63,939 bases of DNA, filler included, from Octopus bimaculoides (GCF_001194135.2; 7 parts of 7 records of this genome joined end to end with filler, not necessarily neighbours in it); one strand, 5' to 3'; counted from the whole stretch's first letter, positions 37,635 to 50,138 are shown. Program-made: numbers and translations. The notes: generated by a model from the sequence alone, not told the origin.

Positions 37635-38084
37635 AATTATCAGTGAATAAACATTTTAAAATATAAAATGTGAAAAAAAATCCACGTGAGGTGGTAAAGA
37701 GAAAAAAAAACAGCTTAAAAGTTTTAAAATGACGATTTAGTCACTCAGTCAAAATATTTCTCACCGAATCATACCGTTCAAAAAAACCAAAAACAATATG
37801 AACTAATATTGGGCGATTCAAGCACACAAAGTGTAGCGAAAGGTGAGTTAAATATAAACTATGGACAAATGCAAAACTATTAATAAGCGTTACATGTTTA
37901 GCATAATATGTAAATCATTGTATAAAAAGTAATTAAAGTAGCATAAAGTTTTAAAGTTAAAGAAAATTAATTAAAAAATAGTAGAAAATGAAAGATGAAT
38001 TAAATGAATATTTGTAAATGTACGGTTTAAAGTATAAACACGTTCAGATGTATGATGCGTGTATATACTGGCCACAATCAAATG

Positions 38085-38549
38085 ACTGAAATTATATATA
38101 TATATATATTATAGATAAATATATTATAAATATATATATATACTATATATTGTAAATACATATATACTATACATCGTAAATATATATATATACTATACAT
38201 CGTAAATATATATATATACTATACATTGTAAATATATATATACTATATATTGTAAATATATATATACTATATATTGTAAATATATATATATATTATATAT
38301 CGTGGATCTTTCTGAATTGGCGGGCGCCTATATATAAATATACATTATATATCGTAAATATATATACATTATATATCGTAAATATTATATTGTAAATATA
38401 TATATATTATATATTTACAATATATATATATACATATATATATACATATACATTGTAAATATATATTATAGATATATATATATTTTAAATATGTAAGTAT
38501 ATATATAAAGTAAATATATAAGTATATATTATAAATATATATATATATA
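38085..38549. repeat. AT-rich minisatellite (~22-26-bp unit TATATACTATA(C/T)AT(C/T)GTAAA)
   Basis: Direct inspection. Confidence 0.75.
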
Positions 38550-38649
38550 NNNNNNNNNNNNNNNNNNNNNNNNNNNNNNNNNNNNNNNNNNNNTTAATTA
38601 ATTAANNNNNNNNNNNNNNNNNNNNNNNNNNNNNNNNNNNNNNNNNNNN

Positions 38650-38962
38650 CCGGGCGTTGTGAGTGTTTATTGAGCAAAAACACCTAAAGCTCCACGAGGC
38701 TCCGGCAGGGGATGGTGGCGAACTCGGCTGTACTCTTCCACCACAACTTTCTCTCACTCTTACTTCCTGTTTCTGTTGTGCCTGTAATTCAAAGGGTCAG
38801 TCTTGTCACACTGTGTCACACTGAATATCCCCTGAGAACTACGTTAAGGGTATATGTGTCTGTGGAGTGCTCAGCCACTTGCACGTTAATTTCACGAGCA
38901 GGCTGTTCCGTTGATCGGATCAACTGGAATCCTCGACGTCGTAAGTGACGGAGTGCCAACAA
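38650..38962 (+). mobile_element. SINE family D (5' end in gap)
   Basis: GGGCGTTGTGAGTGTTTATTGAG..AAGTGACGGAGTGCCAACA; homologous to 39174 and 43238. Confidence 0.85.
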
Positions 38963-39173
38963 GGTTGCCAGAACATTGTAGAAATTCTTGAAACTTTTAG
39001 AAAGTTCTTGAAACTTCTAGAAAGCTCTAGAAAATTCTGCTTCAGCAACTCAGTGCTGAGTCTGTCTGGAATGTAATAGAAAATTGGTTAGTTTCAAAAC
39101 ATTGATGTCCCGGTCACAAAGACAAAGTTTGAAGGGAATAATAATCATTTCTTTTGATTTCTAGATAGAAGCA

Positions 39174-39536
39174 TTGTTGGCACTCCGTTGGTTACGATGA
39201 CGAGGGCTCCAGTTGATCCGATCAATGGAACAGCCTGCTTATGAAATTAATGTGCAAGTGGCCGAGCACTCCACAGACACATGTACCCTTAACGTAGTTC
39301 TCGGGGGTAGATTCAGCGTGACAAGGCTGGCCCTTTGAAATATAGGTACAAGAGAAAGAGGAAGATATAGAGTGAGAGAAAGTTGTGGTGAAAGAGTATA
39401 GCAGGGTTCGCCACCACCCCCTGCCGGAGCCACGTGGAGCTTTAGGTGTTTTCACTCAATAAACACTCACAACGCCTGGTCTGGGAATCGAAACCGCGAG
39501 TCCGCTGCCCTAACCACTGGGCCATTGCACCTCCAC
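39174..39536 (-). mobile_element. SINE family D, full length with a 14-bp TSD
   Basis: TSD TCTAGATAGAAGCA at 39160-39173 and 39537-39550; tRNA-like head. Confidence 0.9.
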
Positions 39537-39877
39537 TCTAGATAGAAGCAAATAGGAAATAACATGAAATGATAATAAAAAAAAATGCTACACAGTGTTA
39601 TTGATTGTTTAGCTTCATTTTTAGTCTTGCAAATATATGAACCTAAAATAAAAGACTGTCACTTGGTTTCCCAAGTAAGTGGAACAAATATACAAATTGC
39701 TTAAAAATGTCACTTATTATGTGTCATTAAATGGAAATATAGTAATTTGATATTCTCTTTGGTTAAATATTTTCAGGTTTATTTTTGTAATTTCTTAGGA
39801 ATGTTTCCAATTTTATTATTATTATTATTATCATCATTATTTTTGTTCTTGTGTTTTTTTTTTCCAAATATTGTTAG

Positions 39878-40525
39878 GGTGGTGAACTGGCAGAATTGTT
39901 TGTATGCCAGGCAAAATGCTTAACAGCATTTAGTCCATCTTTATGTTCTGAGTTCAAATTCTGCTGAGGTTGACTGCCTTTCATCCTTTTGGGGGTCAAT
40001 AAAATAAGTACCAGTTGAGTACTGGGGTCAATGTAATTGACTTATCCTCTCCCCCAAAATTGCTGTCCTCATGGCAAAATTTGAAACTATTATTATTATT
40101 TAGGCAATGAGCTGGCAGAATCATTAGCACTCTGGGTAACATTTTGACCATCCATACATTTTGAGTTCAAATTCTGCCAAGGTTGACTTTGCCTTTCATC
40201 CTCTCAGGGTCAATGAAATAAACACCAGTTATGCACTGTGGTTGATGTAATCGACTAACCTCTTCCTCCATACTTTCAGGCCTTGTGCCTATAGCAGAAA
40301 GGATTATTAAGGTGAAGAGCTCTCAGAATTGTAAGCACACTGGGAAAAATACCAAGTGACATTTTGTTCATCTTTACATTCTGAGTTCAAATTATGCTTA
40401 GGTTGATTTTGCCTTTTATCCTTTCAGGGTTGATCAAATAAGTACCAATTTAGCACTGGGGTCAATGTAATTGATTAGCCTCTACCACAAAATTTCATGC
40501 ATTGTGCCTAAAGTAGAAAGGATTA
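39878..40525 (+). mobile_element. Three head-to-tail family A SINEs, CpG-depleted
   Basis: Three consecutive copies starting near 39878, 40103 and 40305. Confidence 0.8.
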
Positions 40526-41439
40526 TTATTATTATTGTTGTTTAGGGGTTAGTATATTTTTCTGGTAATTCTTCCTATTAAAATTGTTCTTCACATAACC
40601 AATTTGTAATGTGTTTATAGAATTGTAACAGTACAGTTATTATTTTATTTGTAGGTCTTTTGAAGATACTTCAACAGCTTTGTCTTTAAAGTTGAAACAA
40701 CAGCGTTACTATTAAAATAATTAAATATTTTAATAAATAAATATAAAAAAAAAAACTAATGGGTTAGTAAATAAATGATTTAATAAATGACTTTTAAGTA
40801 TCGTTCCATTCACTCAGTATATGCAAGTCTATTTTTGTGTATTTTCCCAGATTGATTAGTTTCACTTTCAGTCCTGCAAATACATGTATTTAAGACAAAA
40901 GATTGCTCCTACAGAATATAAACACACAAGTAAACAGATATCAAATATTTGTGAGCAGAAAAAGAAAAAAAAATTCTACTGTTCATACACATTAAAAAAT
41001 GATTTTTCAAAACTAATAAAAGAATGACACTAATTAGTACCAAGTATAATAGTCGAAAATGAACTAGAAATATGAAATTAATTAGAGCCCAAACAGCAAG
41101 ATTTCAGACTAAGAGTTTCTAATTTCATGCCTCTGCTTCTTCATTTATCAATAATTTCCACCAACAAAAATGACTAATATAGACTGATAATCATAAGACT
41201 AATAAAATGGATGAAAGTTAGGATACAGATGTTAAAATTTAAGATCACTTTTATTTTGTTTATGTTTTTAACTTACAACTTAGAAAAAAATCAGCTGATT
41301 AACAGTTGACCATTCACATTTTTGCAGCTTAGAGATAAGACCTCTCTCTCTTTCTCTCTCTCTCACTCTCTCTGTCCAAGACATTATACTTCTTCTTCAT
41401 GGCATAAAACATATTACACTCATCATCGTCAGTATTGTT

Positions 41440-41640
41440 TTAATGTTTACTTTTCTATGCTTTCATAGGCTGGACAGAATCTGTGATAATAGATTTTCTT
41501 CTGCCAGATGCCTTTCCTGTCAGCAACCTCGACCTTTTCCCAAGCAAAGTAATATTTACTCATGGTCAGATATATCTTGCAGACAACTAGAAACAAATGA
41601 CACTGCTTCTATGACAGTGATACTTGTTTACAACACTGTG
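41440..41640 (-). mobile_element. Degenerate RTE-tail-like repeat
   Basis: CCAGATGCCTTTCCTGTCAGCAACC..AAATGACACTGCTT resembles the family C tail. Confidence 0.4.
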
Positions 41641-43237
41641 ATGTCAAGACAAGGTTACTCATACACATACACACATACCATTTCCACACACATGTATACA
41701 CATCTTCCCCTTGCAGACTGTTATTAGAAAGGAAATAATCATTTCTTCATTATATTTTTGGGGGATTTGAAATTAAGGAAATACAAGGGAAAAGATGTAC
41801 ACAATTCACATATTTTTTAATGGAGTTTCTTCCAGCTTCCATCTGCCAACTCAACTCGTAATACTTTGGCTGGTCTGGGACTATAATAGAAGAAACTTGC
41901 TTCAACTGCTACACAGTAGGGCTGAACAGGAAATTACATGGTTAGGATACAAACTTCTTAACTGCACAACCATGTTAGTGCATTACACAAATTGTTGAAT
42001 TTTATTGCTGATGCAGAACATATCTAGTTTCCTTGGAATCTATTATTTTATTGCTGATTAAATTTTGGTTTCATATGTTTGTATGGAAATGTATCATTAT
42101 AATATCCTTTCTTCACTGCTACTTTGATTTAGAAGAAAATTTATTGTCTGAATCACATAAGAATCAGCACCAGCATACTTATATCTAGTTACAACCATAC
42201 ACACTACTGCAAAAGTATTGTTGAAAAAAGTTAAAGATGCTTTGTTATAGCATACAGCCAGCTCTCTTAGTCCTAATCAAAATTTACTCATTACAGTTTT
42301 ATTCCCATTCTCTTTAGTCAATATTGCTTTCCTTATTTCTTCTCAATGATAATACTTACATGACTTCTCAAATTTGTTACTTTGCAATCTGATTTAATCA
42401 AAACTTTGCTCTTAATACTTATAAAGCTTCATACATGGTTCTACCTGTTTCCACTAAGATTTTTTTTCATTAGTGTACCTCCAGCAAGTCAGCTTACTGG
42501 AGCTTGTCTTTCTCTCTTAACAAGCTACATTGACATTAAATAAAATATATGAACTCATAACTTTATTTAGACCCGCTGTGAAATTTTGCCTATGAAGGTT
42601 TTATTTGATAGTTTGCAACTATCAAACTTGTAACAATATGTAAATGAATTTGTACTTACATATTTGTTCCATTTTTTAAGTAGCCTTCATTGGTACTTCA
42701 GGAGGGAGATGTCAGTAAATCTTGTTGAGTTGTTAAATAACAGTGAAACCAATTGGTTTGATAACTCTTCCAAGCTGCTGACAAGTGCCTTCATGGAACT
42801 AATTTCACAGGTGGATTAAATACACATGGATATAAATTTATTTTCATTAAGTTCCTCATCTGAGAATGATCTGATTGAGTATACTTTGCCTCTTCAGATG
42901 TAACAAAAATTAAAAGGGAGCTTTTATATGTCTTTACCTCAACTTTACTTCAATAGCTATTAATATATATCCTATAAAACATGGGGCTACATCTTATGTC
43001 TCAGCAGTCCTTCCTGCCTTGAAAAGACTTTACTCTCTATGTATTCCAAGCATGATCCAAATAGCTATTTCATTTCAAAAGTGTTGGTGTTGTTTGAATG
43101 ATAAGCTGTACCTACAAACCATGTATTGTGTAATCATTATTACTTTATTCTTCCAATAGAATCAGAAGAGATCTATATTCTGTTGGTGTGTAGGAAGTAA
43201 AAGGAAAAAATATGTTATCATTGTTATTATCCCTATG

Positions 43238-43631
43238 TGGAGGCGCAATGGCCCAATGATTAGAGCAGCAGACTCGCAGTCATATGATCGCTGTTTCGAT
43301 TCCCAGACCAGGCGTTGTGAGTGTTTATTGAGCAAAAACACCTAAAAGCTCCACGAGGCTCCAGCAGGGGATGGTGGCGAACCCTGCTGTACTCTTTCAC
43401 CACAACTTTCTCTCACTCTTACTTCCTGTTTCTGTTGTGCCTGTAATTCAAAGGGTCAGCCTTGTCACACTGTGTCACGTTGAATATCCCCAAGAACTAC
43501 GTTTAGGGTACACGTGTCTGTGGAGTGCTCAGCCACTTGCACATTAATTTCACGAGCAGGCTGTTCTGTTGATTGGATCAACTGGAACCCTCGATGCCGT
43601 AAGCCAACGGAGTGCCAACAACAATACAATG
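43238..43631 (+). mobile_element. SINE family D, full length with an 11-bp TSD
   Basis: TSD TTATCCCTATG at 43227-43237 and 43632-43642. Confidence 0.9.
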
Positions 43632-43873
43632 TTATCCCTATGAATATTTCTTCTACATATGCCTGAATCCTTATAATAATTCATGATTATCTTGTCTTAT
43701 GACAAATTAGCATTTAAATATATCCTTCTCTTCCTTGATAATCATGGCCTTGTTTAGAGTATCCTTATTTCTATTTATGACCAGCTATAAATAGATTTAT
43801 GAAGCAAATATACAGAGACTGTTATGCTTAAGCAATGTTTTGTTTGAAAAACCTTTTCTTTTTTTGTTTTTAG

Positions 43874-44035
43874 ACAATAAATCTCTTTCCTCATGCTGCT
43901 GTGTAATTCGTGTTCCTGAAGTAAGATTTGAGGACCTTTTTGACTATAATGAACGTCATTGGATTAATGAAAAAGGCGAATCAATGAAGTCACAGTGTCA
44001 TATCAGAAAAATACGTTTCTCCTGTCAATCTCAAG
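43874..44035 (+). CDS. GPATCH3: G-patch domain-containing protein 3, internal exon (phase 1-1)
   Basis: TTTTTAG acceptor, GTAAGA donor; SSCCCVIRV..HWINEKGESMKSQCHIRKIR matches the GPATCH3 N-terminal block as I recall it (TCCCVISV..RWLDSHG..RCLIRRLR). Confidence 0.85.
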
Positions 44036-45019
44036 GTAAGATTAGAAACTACGAGGCAAGTGGAATGAAAGTACCTTGGTATTAGAGGCATAGATCTTAA
44101 TACGTTAGAAAAAGATTGCATTAGTGTTAGCTTGAAAAATAAATAGTTGATTTACGTTGAATAAAAATTGCAATTACATTACGTATTGTTTAACTATCAG
44201 CTTTCTATTTTGATAAAGATATAGAATTAGAATATTGGTTGTGTACATAGATATGAAACCAATTTCTATAGGAGAAGCAGTGTAGATAATTTACCTGACA
44301 TCAGTACATTAATGAGAAAGTGAATTCTGGTAAGATTTGAATTTAGAACTGAGAAGGAGAAAATGAAATACTATTATATTTATTACGGCACACTATTAAA
44401 CAGACGTATCCACTGCTCTGTATAAAATTAATATGCTACTTGGGCAAATGATGAAATAAAGTATTCAATAGCTAACTCATGAAGGTTTTTCTTTATATTT
44501 CTGATATGGCTACTTAACTCTTTTGATGTTGTCTCAATTCACTCATCCAGAGATTGATCAAGTTCAATTGATGTCCTGAAAATAGAGCAACTAAAAGAAA
44601 TTTGACTGTGTTTGTAGTCAAGATTTAATGACTGGATGTTCTCTCATGATCTGTAAAAATGCATGATATATGCATAGTGAGAGTATCTAACCTTAAAATG
44701 TGATATATGTGTGTATGTGTAGTAGAGTTTTTTTAATGTTCTCCCTAGCTCCTTATCATGTTGACCCACATAGAAAACCTTGAGATTGTCATATAATGTC
44801 TCCATTGTGTTTGAATGTTTTGAAAATTATTTATTACCCTCATGTGGCAGGATGAAAGGTGAATTAATAAAATACAAAATGAAAGTACAGATAAAACTAA
44901 TTTTAACTGAATAAAGAGTTCTTTATCATTAAGAATCTATGAAAATTGAATGTAATATCTTTCCTTCTAAACTTTGGATCCTTGTCTCATACAAAGACTT
45001 ATTCTTTTGGTATTTTCAG

Positions 45020-46048
45020 ACAAGATTCCGTACAAAACCAGAGAGGAACAAGCTCAAATTCCTGAAGATCGTGAAGTATTTACAAAGACTGACCTTGAAA
45101 ATCTCCCTGAACTCCATGCACCTACTGTTATGCCAAAAGGAAATGTAGGCACTCCAACTTATGTTTTCTTAGAATTAATCAATCAATGCAAATTACCACC
45201 AAGGATTATCAGTAAATTGCAACTTGAATTTCCTAAAGTAACTTATAGCAACATATATGGACGTGTTCCATGTGATTATGATGTACAGTGTCTTCCTAGT
45301 TCTGGTAACACTCTTGACACGGGCTCAAGAAATGAAAGTTTTCAGAAAAATCTTTCCAAAAGGAAATTAAATCCTATTAAAAATCAATTTAGTAAAGGAC
45401 AAAAAGAAAATACAGATGAAACTAATCTAAAAACAACAACAACAACAGCTACTACTACTACTACTGTTGATGATGATAGTAGTAGAAGTTCTAATGATAG
45501 TCTAAGAACTGATGCAAATATTGATGCTAGCACCAGCTGTCATTTAAGTTTGTCTGCTAATAATGAAAGCAGAGAAAATGGTACTGACATTTCTTTAACT
45601 ACCTCTGAGAACCTTCATTTTGGTGCAAACCCTCATAGCTCTCATAAAATTCAGATCCACCCTCCACACTCAAATGATAGGACAGTTTGTGATAAATTAG
45701 AGAAAAATGATGTTAAAATATCGCAAAAAACTGATGTTTCAGAAAAAAGGCGATTGAAAATGGAGGAAAAAGCCAGGAGAAAACAAAATATTGCTGAAAT
45801 GAAGAGAAAAATGGCTTTGAATATTGAAGAAAAAATGATTGAGTTTGATCGTGGTTCTGATTATTCTGAAGAAGATGCTGATTATTGTGAAGAGTGGGAA
45901 CGCCATGAAGCATTGCATGATGATCCAAGTGGCCAAGAACGAAACAAAGAACGATTGTTTGAAGACAATATTGAACTGAAATGGGAGAAAGGTGGTAGTG
46001 GTTTGGTCTTTTACACTGATGCTCAGTATTGGCAACAAGAGGAAGGTG
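45020..46048 (+). CDS. GPATCH3: G-patch domain-containing protein 3, large exon (1029 nt, phase 1-1)
   Basis: LPELHAPTVMPKGNVGTP, LPPRIISKLQLEFP, EEWERHEALH, IELKWEKGGSGLVFYTDAQYW; TTTTCAG / GTAAGG sites. Confidence 0.95.
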
Positions 46049-46143
46049 GTAAGGGCAAGATTTTATTTCATATTTTCCTTGCAATATAAATATAAGTTTA
46101 CTTCTTTTTTCTTCCCCAGTTATTCAACTTGTTTAGAAAATAC

Positions 46144-46179
<36 letters not shown>

Positions 46180-46189
46180 TAATCCTTTC

Positions 46190-46448
46190 TACTAAAGGCA
46201 CAAGGCCTGAAATCTTTGTGGGAGAGGGCTAGTCAATTACATTGACCCAGTGTTCCACTGGTACTTAATTTATCGACCCCAAAAGGATGGAAGGCAAAGT
46301 TAGCTTGCTTACCAACCACATGGTCCTGGGTTCAGTCCCACTGCGTGGCACCTTGGGCAAGTGTCTTCTACTATAGCCTCGGGCCGACCAAAGCCTTGTG
46401 AGTGGATTTGGTAGACGGAAACTGAAAGAAGCCTGTCGTATATATGTT

Positions 46449-46493
<45 letters not shown>

Positions 46494-46715
46494 ATGTTTG
46501 TGTGTCTGTGTTTGTCCCCCCAACATCGTAACTTAGCGGTTCGGCAAAAAGAGCGATAGAATAAGTACTAGGCTTCTAAAGAATAAGTCCTGGGGTCGAT
46601 CTGCTCGACTAAAGGCGGTGCCCCAGCATGGCCGCAGTCAAATGGCTGAAACAAGTAAAAGAGTAAAGAGTAAAGCATTTTGCCTGACATGCTAACAATT
46701 CTGCCAGCTCACTGC
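46190..46715. mobile_element. Family B SINE (+, 46302-46674) nested in a family A SINE (-)
   Basis: A 3' part at 46190-46301 and A 5' part at 46675-46715 flank a 5'-truncated B copy. Confidence 0.75.
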
Positions 46716-46724
46716 TTTAATAAT

Positions 46725-46935
46725 TTCAAATTTTGGCACAAGACCAGCAAGTTCGGAGGAGGGGATAAATCAATTACATTGACTCCAGTGTTGAACAAGT
46801 ACTTATTTTATTGACCTTGAAAGGATGAAAGGCAAAGTCAACCTTGGCAGATTTTGAACTTAGAATGTAAAGATGAATGAAATGTCACTAAGCATTTTAC
46901 CTGACGTGCTAACAGTTTTGCCAGCTTACCACCTT
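46725..46935 (-). mobile_element. SINE family A
   Basis: GAAAGGATGAAAGGCAAAGTCAACC..GCTAACAGTTTTGCCAGCT. Confidence 0.8.
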
Positions 46936-47334
46936 AAAGCAAAAATATATAATTTTAATAATAAGAATAATAAGGATCTGCATCACTGACTTTAAACACC
47001 TGCATAGCTATGCAAAAAAAAAAAAATGCATATACTATTAGAGTAGACATTTTTATGACTTGATGTTTATTACCTGTTCTATTATGGAATGGATTTACTA
47101 TCTATTTTACCATTAGATAAATAGAAGTATGTAGAGTAGCATACTTTGTTCATTGACACCACACAATCTTCATAATTATGTTATAACTCATATATATATA
47201 TATATTGATTGTAAATCTAATTTTAGCATTTAGTTATCATGCTTTAATATGATAAATACACTATATATTCGTAAGCCTGGTAAAAAAAAAAAAAACTTTA
47301 TTACATCTATCTCTCTGTATTTTATTCATCATCA

Positions 47335-47640
47335 TCATCATTGTTTAACGTCCACTTTCCATGCTAGCATGGGTTGGATGATTTGACTGAGGACTGGCGA
47401 ACCAGATGGCTGCTCCAGGCTCTGATCTGACCTGGCAGACTTTCCACAGTTGGATGCCCTTCCTAACGCCAACCACTCTGAGAGTGTAGTGGGTGCTTTT
47501 ATGTGCCCACCGGCACGAGGGCCAGTCTGGTGGTACTGGCAACGGCCATGCTCAAATGGTGTTTTTTACGTGCCACCTGCACAGGAGTTAGTCCAGCGGC
47601 ACTGGCAATGACCTTGCTCGAATGTTTTGTGAACGTGCCA
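47335..47640 (-). mobile_element. Family C repeat
   Basis: (CAT)n tail + TTTAACGTCCACTTTCCATGCTAGC.. Confidence 0.85.
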
Positions 47641-49219
47641 GTAAGGTGACAGAGAAGCTCTTAGCTAAACTCAAAATAACTTACATTGCATTTATTTGTT
47701 AAAGAAGGCAGTATACTAAACTCAGTGGTTTTGTTGAGCAATAAAAATACTAAGGGTGGATGTATAATTCATGACAATGACTCAGTTTATGCATATGAAT
47801 ACTGAAAGCTTGGAAATGTGGACCCTACTCTCAGTTTCTTCTCTTTATCCTAAACCCCGAAGAGTTCAGGACTAGATGTTCTTAGGAATGTTTGATGTTC
47901 TATCTCTCATTATATAATATTGAAGAAATTTGGAATGAAATCAAGAGGAAAAGAAAAACTATGATAAGAAGAAAAAAATTGCAGATACTCATTAGGCTTT
48001 TTTAAATACATAGGTTGAGGTAGTGTAGAATTACAGTGAGTTGAGAAAGCAGTTAGATATGAAAGGTCTTCGTCAGTTAATGTAGGAAATATGACTATAC
48101 ACATTTGCGCAATTAATGAGAATTGGGCATAGAATAAAGTGGAGCCTTTTAGCTCAAAGGGCAATAGCTTGAAGGCCATATTTTATTCTTTGTATGGCAA
48201 AGGGCATCCCAAATTTATTGGTATTACTTAGCATCTTCTTGAATTTGAATAGGGTCTCAGCTTAGTAAGGGCACATTGTTCAAACATTGGCTAACCTATG
48301 TAAATCAATTTAGGGAGAGAAAGAAAGAGAGAGAGAGAGAGAGGGAAAGAGATAGAGAGAGAGAGAGGGAGAGAGATAGAGAGAGAGAGAGAGAGAGGAC
48401 CATAATGATATTGATTATAAACTTTAAGGGAATTGCAATACTTCATGATAAACCCAAGTAAAAACTCACTGAAAATATAGAACAACTGAAGGATAGTAAA
48501 TAATTCTATGAACATTCTTGGTTGATTGATAATGTAGCACAACATTGGAGTCAATTGAATTAACTACAACCTTTAAAGCCTGGAGGTGAATGTAGTTCGC
48601 TGCTGAAGCTGCTGGCAAAGAATTTAGATTTACTTCATCAACACCCTAGCCGAAATGCAGTATCATTCCTATAGGAACCTATAAGCCTTTTTTAGTATGC
48701 TATTAATAAACAGTTTAGAGGCAGTAACTCTGATTTATACATAGGAGTTTTAGAATGTCTTGTAGTTATGAATATAACTGAAAAAAAGTGCCATTCTGAA
48801 GGTATTGATTAGTTCCCAATATGGTGTAGAACTAAGTAGGCAGATTTGCAAACAATACCTTTTAACTCTCCTTGAAAAGTGTGAAAGGAGTTGGTGACTA
48901 TATTTGCCAAGATTAAACTCACATCCAACTGCTTCTTCCCATGCGATATATAATTTCTCTCACTGATTTTTACTCTGTCTCACTCTTTTTATATATTTCT
49001 CTTTCTTCTGATGGAGGGCTGATGTCCTTTTTCCATTAAAACTTTAATCTAATACCATATTTGTTGAACCTTGCTCCTCTTGTGTTGTCTTTTTTTTATT
49101 GTTCATTGTATTTATTCAAAACACACACACACACATACTATATGCATATATCTGTGTGTGTGTGTGTGCATGACAGTAACTATACAAATATGTAAATATG
49201 AATGTGTGTTACTACATAC

Positions 49220-49561
49220 GTATTTACTCTTTTACTTGTTTCAGTCATTTGACTGTGGCCATGCTGGAGCACCGCCTTTAGTCGAGCAAATCGACCCCAG
49301 GACTTATTCTTTTATAAGCCTAGTACTTATTCTATCGGTCTCTTTTGCCGAACCCCTAGGTTATGGGGACGTAAACACACCAGCATTGGTTGTCAAGCGA
49401 TGTTGGGTGGACAAGCACAGACACACAAACATATATATATGTATACATATATACAACGAGCTTCTTTCAGTTTCAATCTACCAGATCCACTCACAAGGCT
49501 TTGGTCGGCCCAAGGCTATAGTAGAAGACACTTGCCCAAGGTGCCACACAGTGGGACTGAA
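49220..49561 (-). mobile_element. SINE family B
   Basis: Both halves plus internal microsatellite. Confidence 0.85.
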
Positions 49562-49860
49562 CGTATATAAATAACAGTTTAATAGAAAGAGAAAGTATCT
49601 TAATATTTCAGGTATCAGCCCTTCAGCAGAAGAAAGAGAAAAAAACATAGTGGAAGTGAGAAAGAAGAATAGTTGGTGAGAAAGAGACAGAGAGAGAGAG
49701 GGAGAGAAAGAGAAGTAGATTGATAGATAAAGAGAGTTTACGTATATATGACTGCATTTAGTGGTATTGTTTTCATTTAAAATGCACCTTCTCACTTCTT
49801 TTTTGTTACTTATTAACTGTTCATCTATCTTTTAAGTTGTTTATATATATATACAAATTA
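49560..49860 (-). repeat. Repeat family with a hammerhead-like core (other copies at 48990-49100 +, 51170-51410 +, 51790-52240 -)
   Basis: Shared TCTT-CTG(C/A)TG-(A/G)AGGGCTGAT..GAAA..TTAAG..TTCCATTAAA and TTATTAACTGT..ATCTAT segments. Confidence 0.6.
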
Positions 49861-50016
49861 CGACAAATGTAAACAAACAAATGAAGTTTGCTTTTAGAAG
49901 CTTTGAGATGTCTTAGAAAGTTAAAGAAGTGATTTTAAATTCTCAAATGCAGGATAATATTAATAATATAGCTTGAACAGGATAAACTACCCCTATTTTG
50001 CAGAAAAAAGTGTAGG

Positions 50017-50091
50017 TGGTTAGCTGTGGGACTCGAACTCACATCTCCGTGATTACGCGTCACAATGCTCTGACCGATTGAGTTAAATACC

Positions 50092-50092
<1 letters not shown>
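50017..50092 (-). pseudogene. tRNA-like sequence (Thr-CGT-like loop), degenerate acceptor stem, followed by T6
   Basis: 76 nt with D arm (ACTC/GAGC), anticodon arm TGTGA-CGCGTAA-TCACG, T arm GTGAG-TTCGAGT-CCCAC; TTTTTT 8 nt downstream. Confidence 0.45.

Positions 50093-50138
<46 letters not shown>

Noticed and set aside
40655-40745. Acceptor plus short ORF plus AATAAA, like a terminal exon
   Set aside because: Very short, AT-rich, no upstream partner or homology.
42683-42810. Open frames on both strands upstream of GPATCH3 (LHWYFRREMSVNL.. / EISSMKALVSSLEEL..)
   Set aside because: No similarity to GPATCH3, weak splice sites, phase incompatible with the exon at 43874.
45713-46084. Minus-strand ORFs 45713-46084 and 45739-46038
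   Set aside because: Antisense shadows of the GPATCH3 exon.
48598-48662. CUGCUGAAG..CGAAAUGC hammerhead-like motif (also CUGAAGC..CAAAU near 8580)
   Set aside because: Multiple core mismatches and no convincing helix I.
2595-50092. tRNA genes at SINE heads and tRNA-like segments
   Set aside because: None has a complete, well-paired cloverleaf; treated as SINE heads or pseudogenes.
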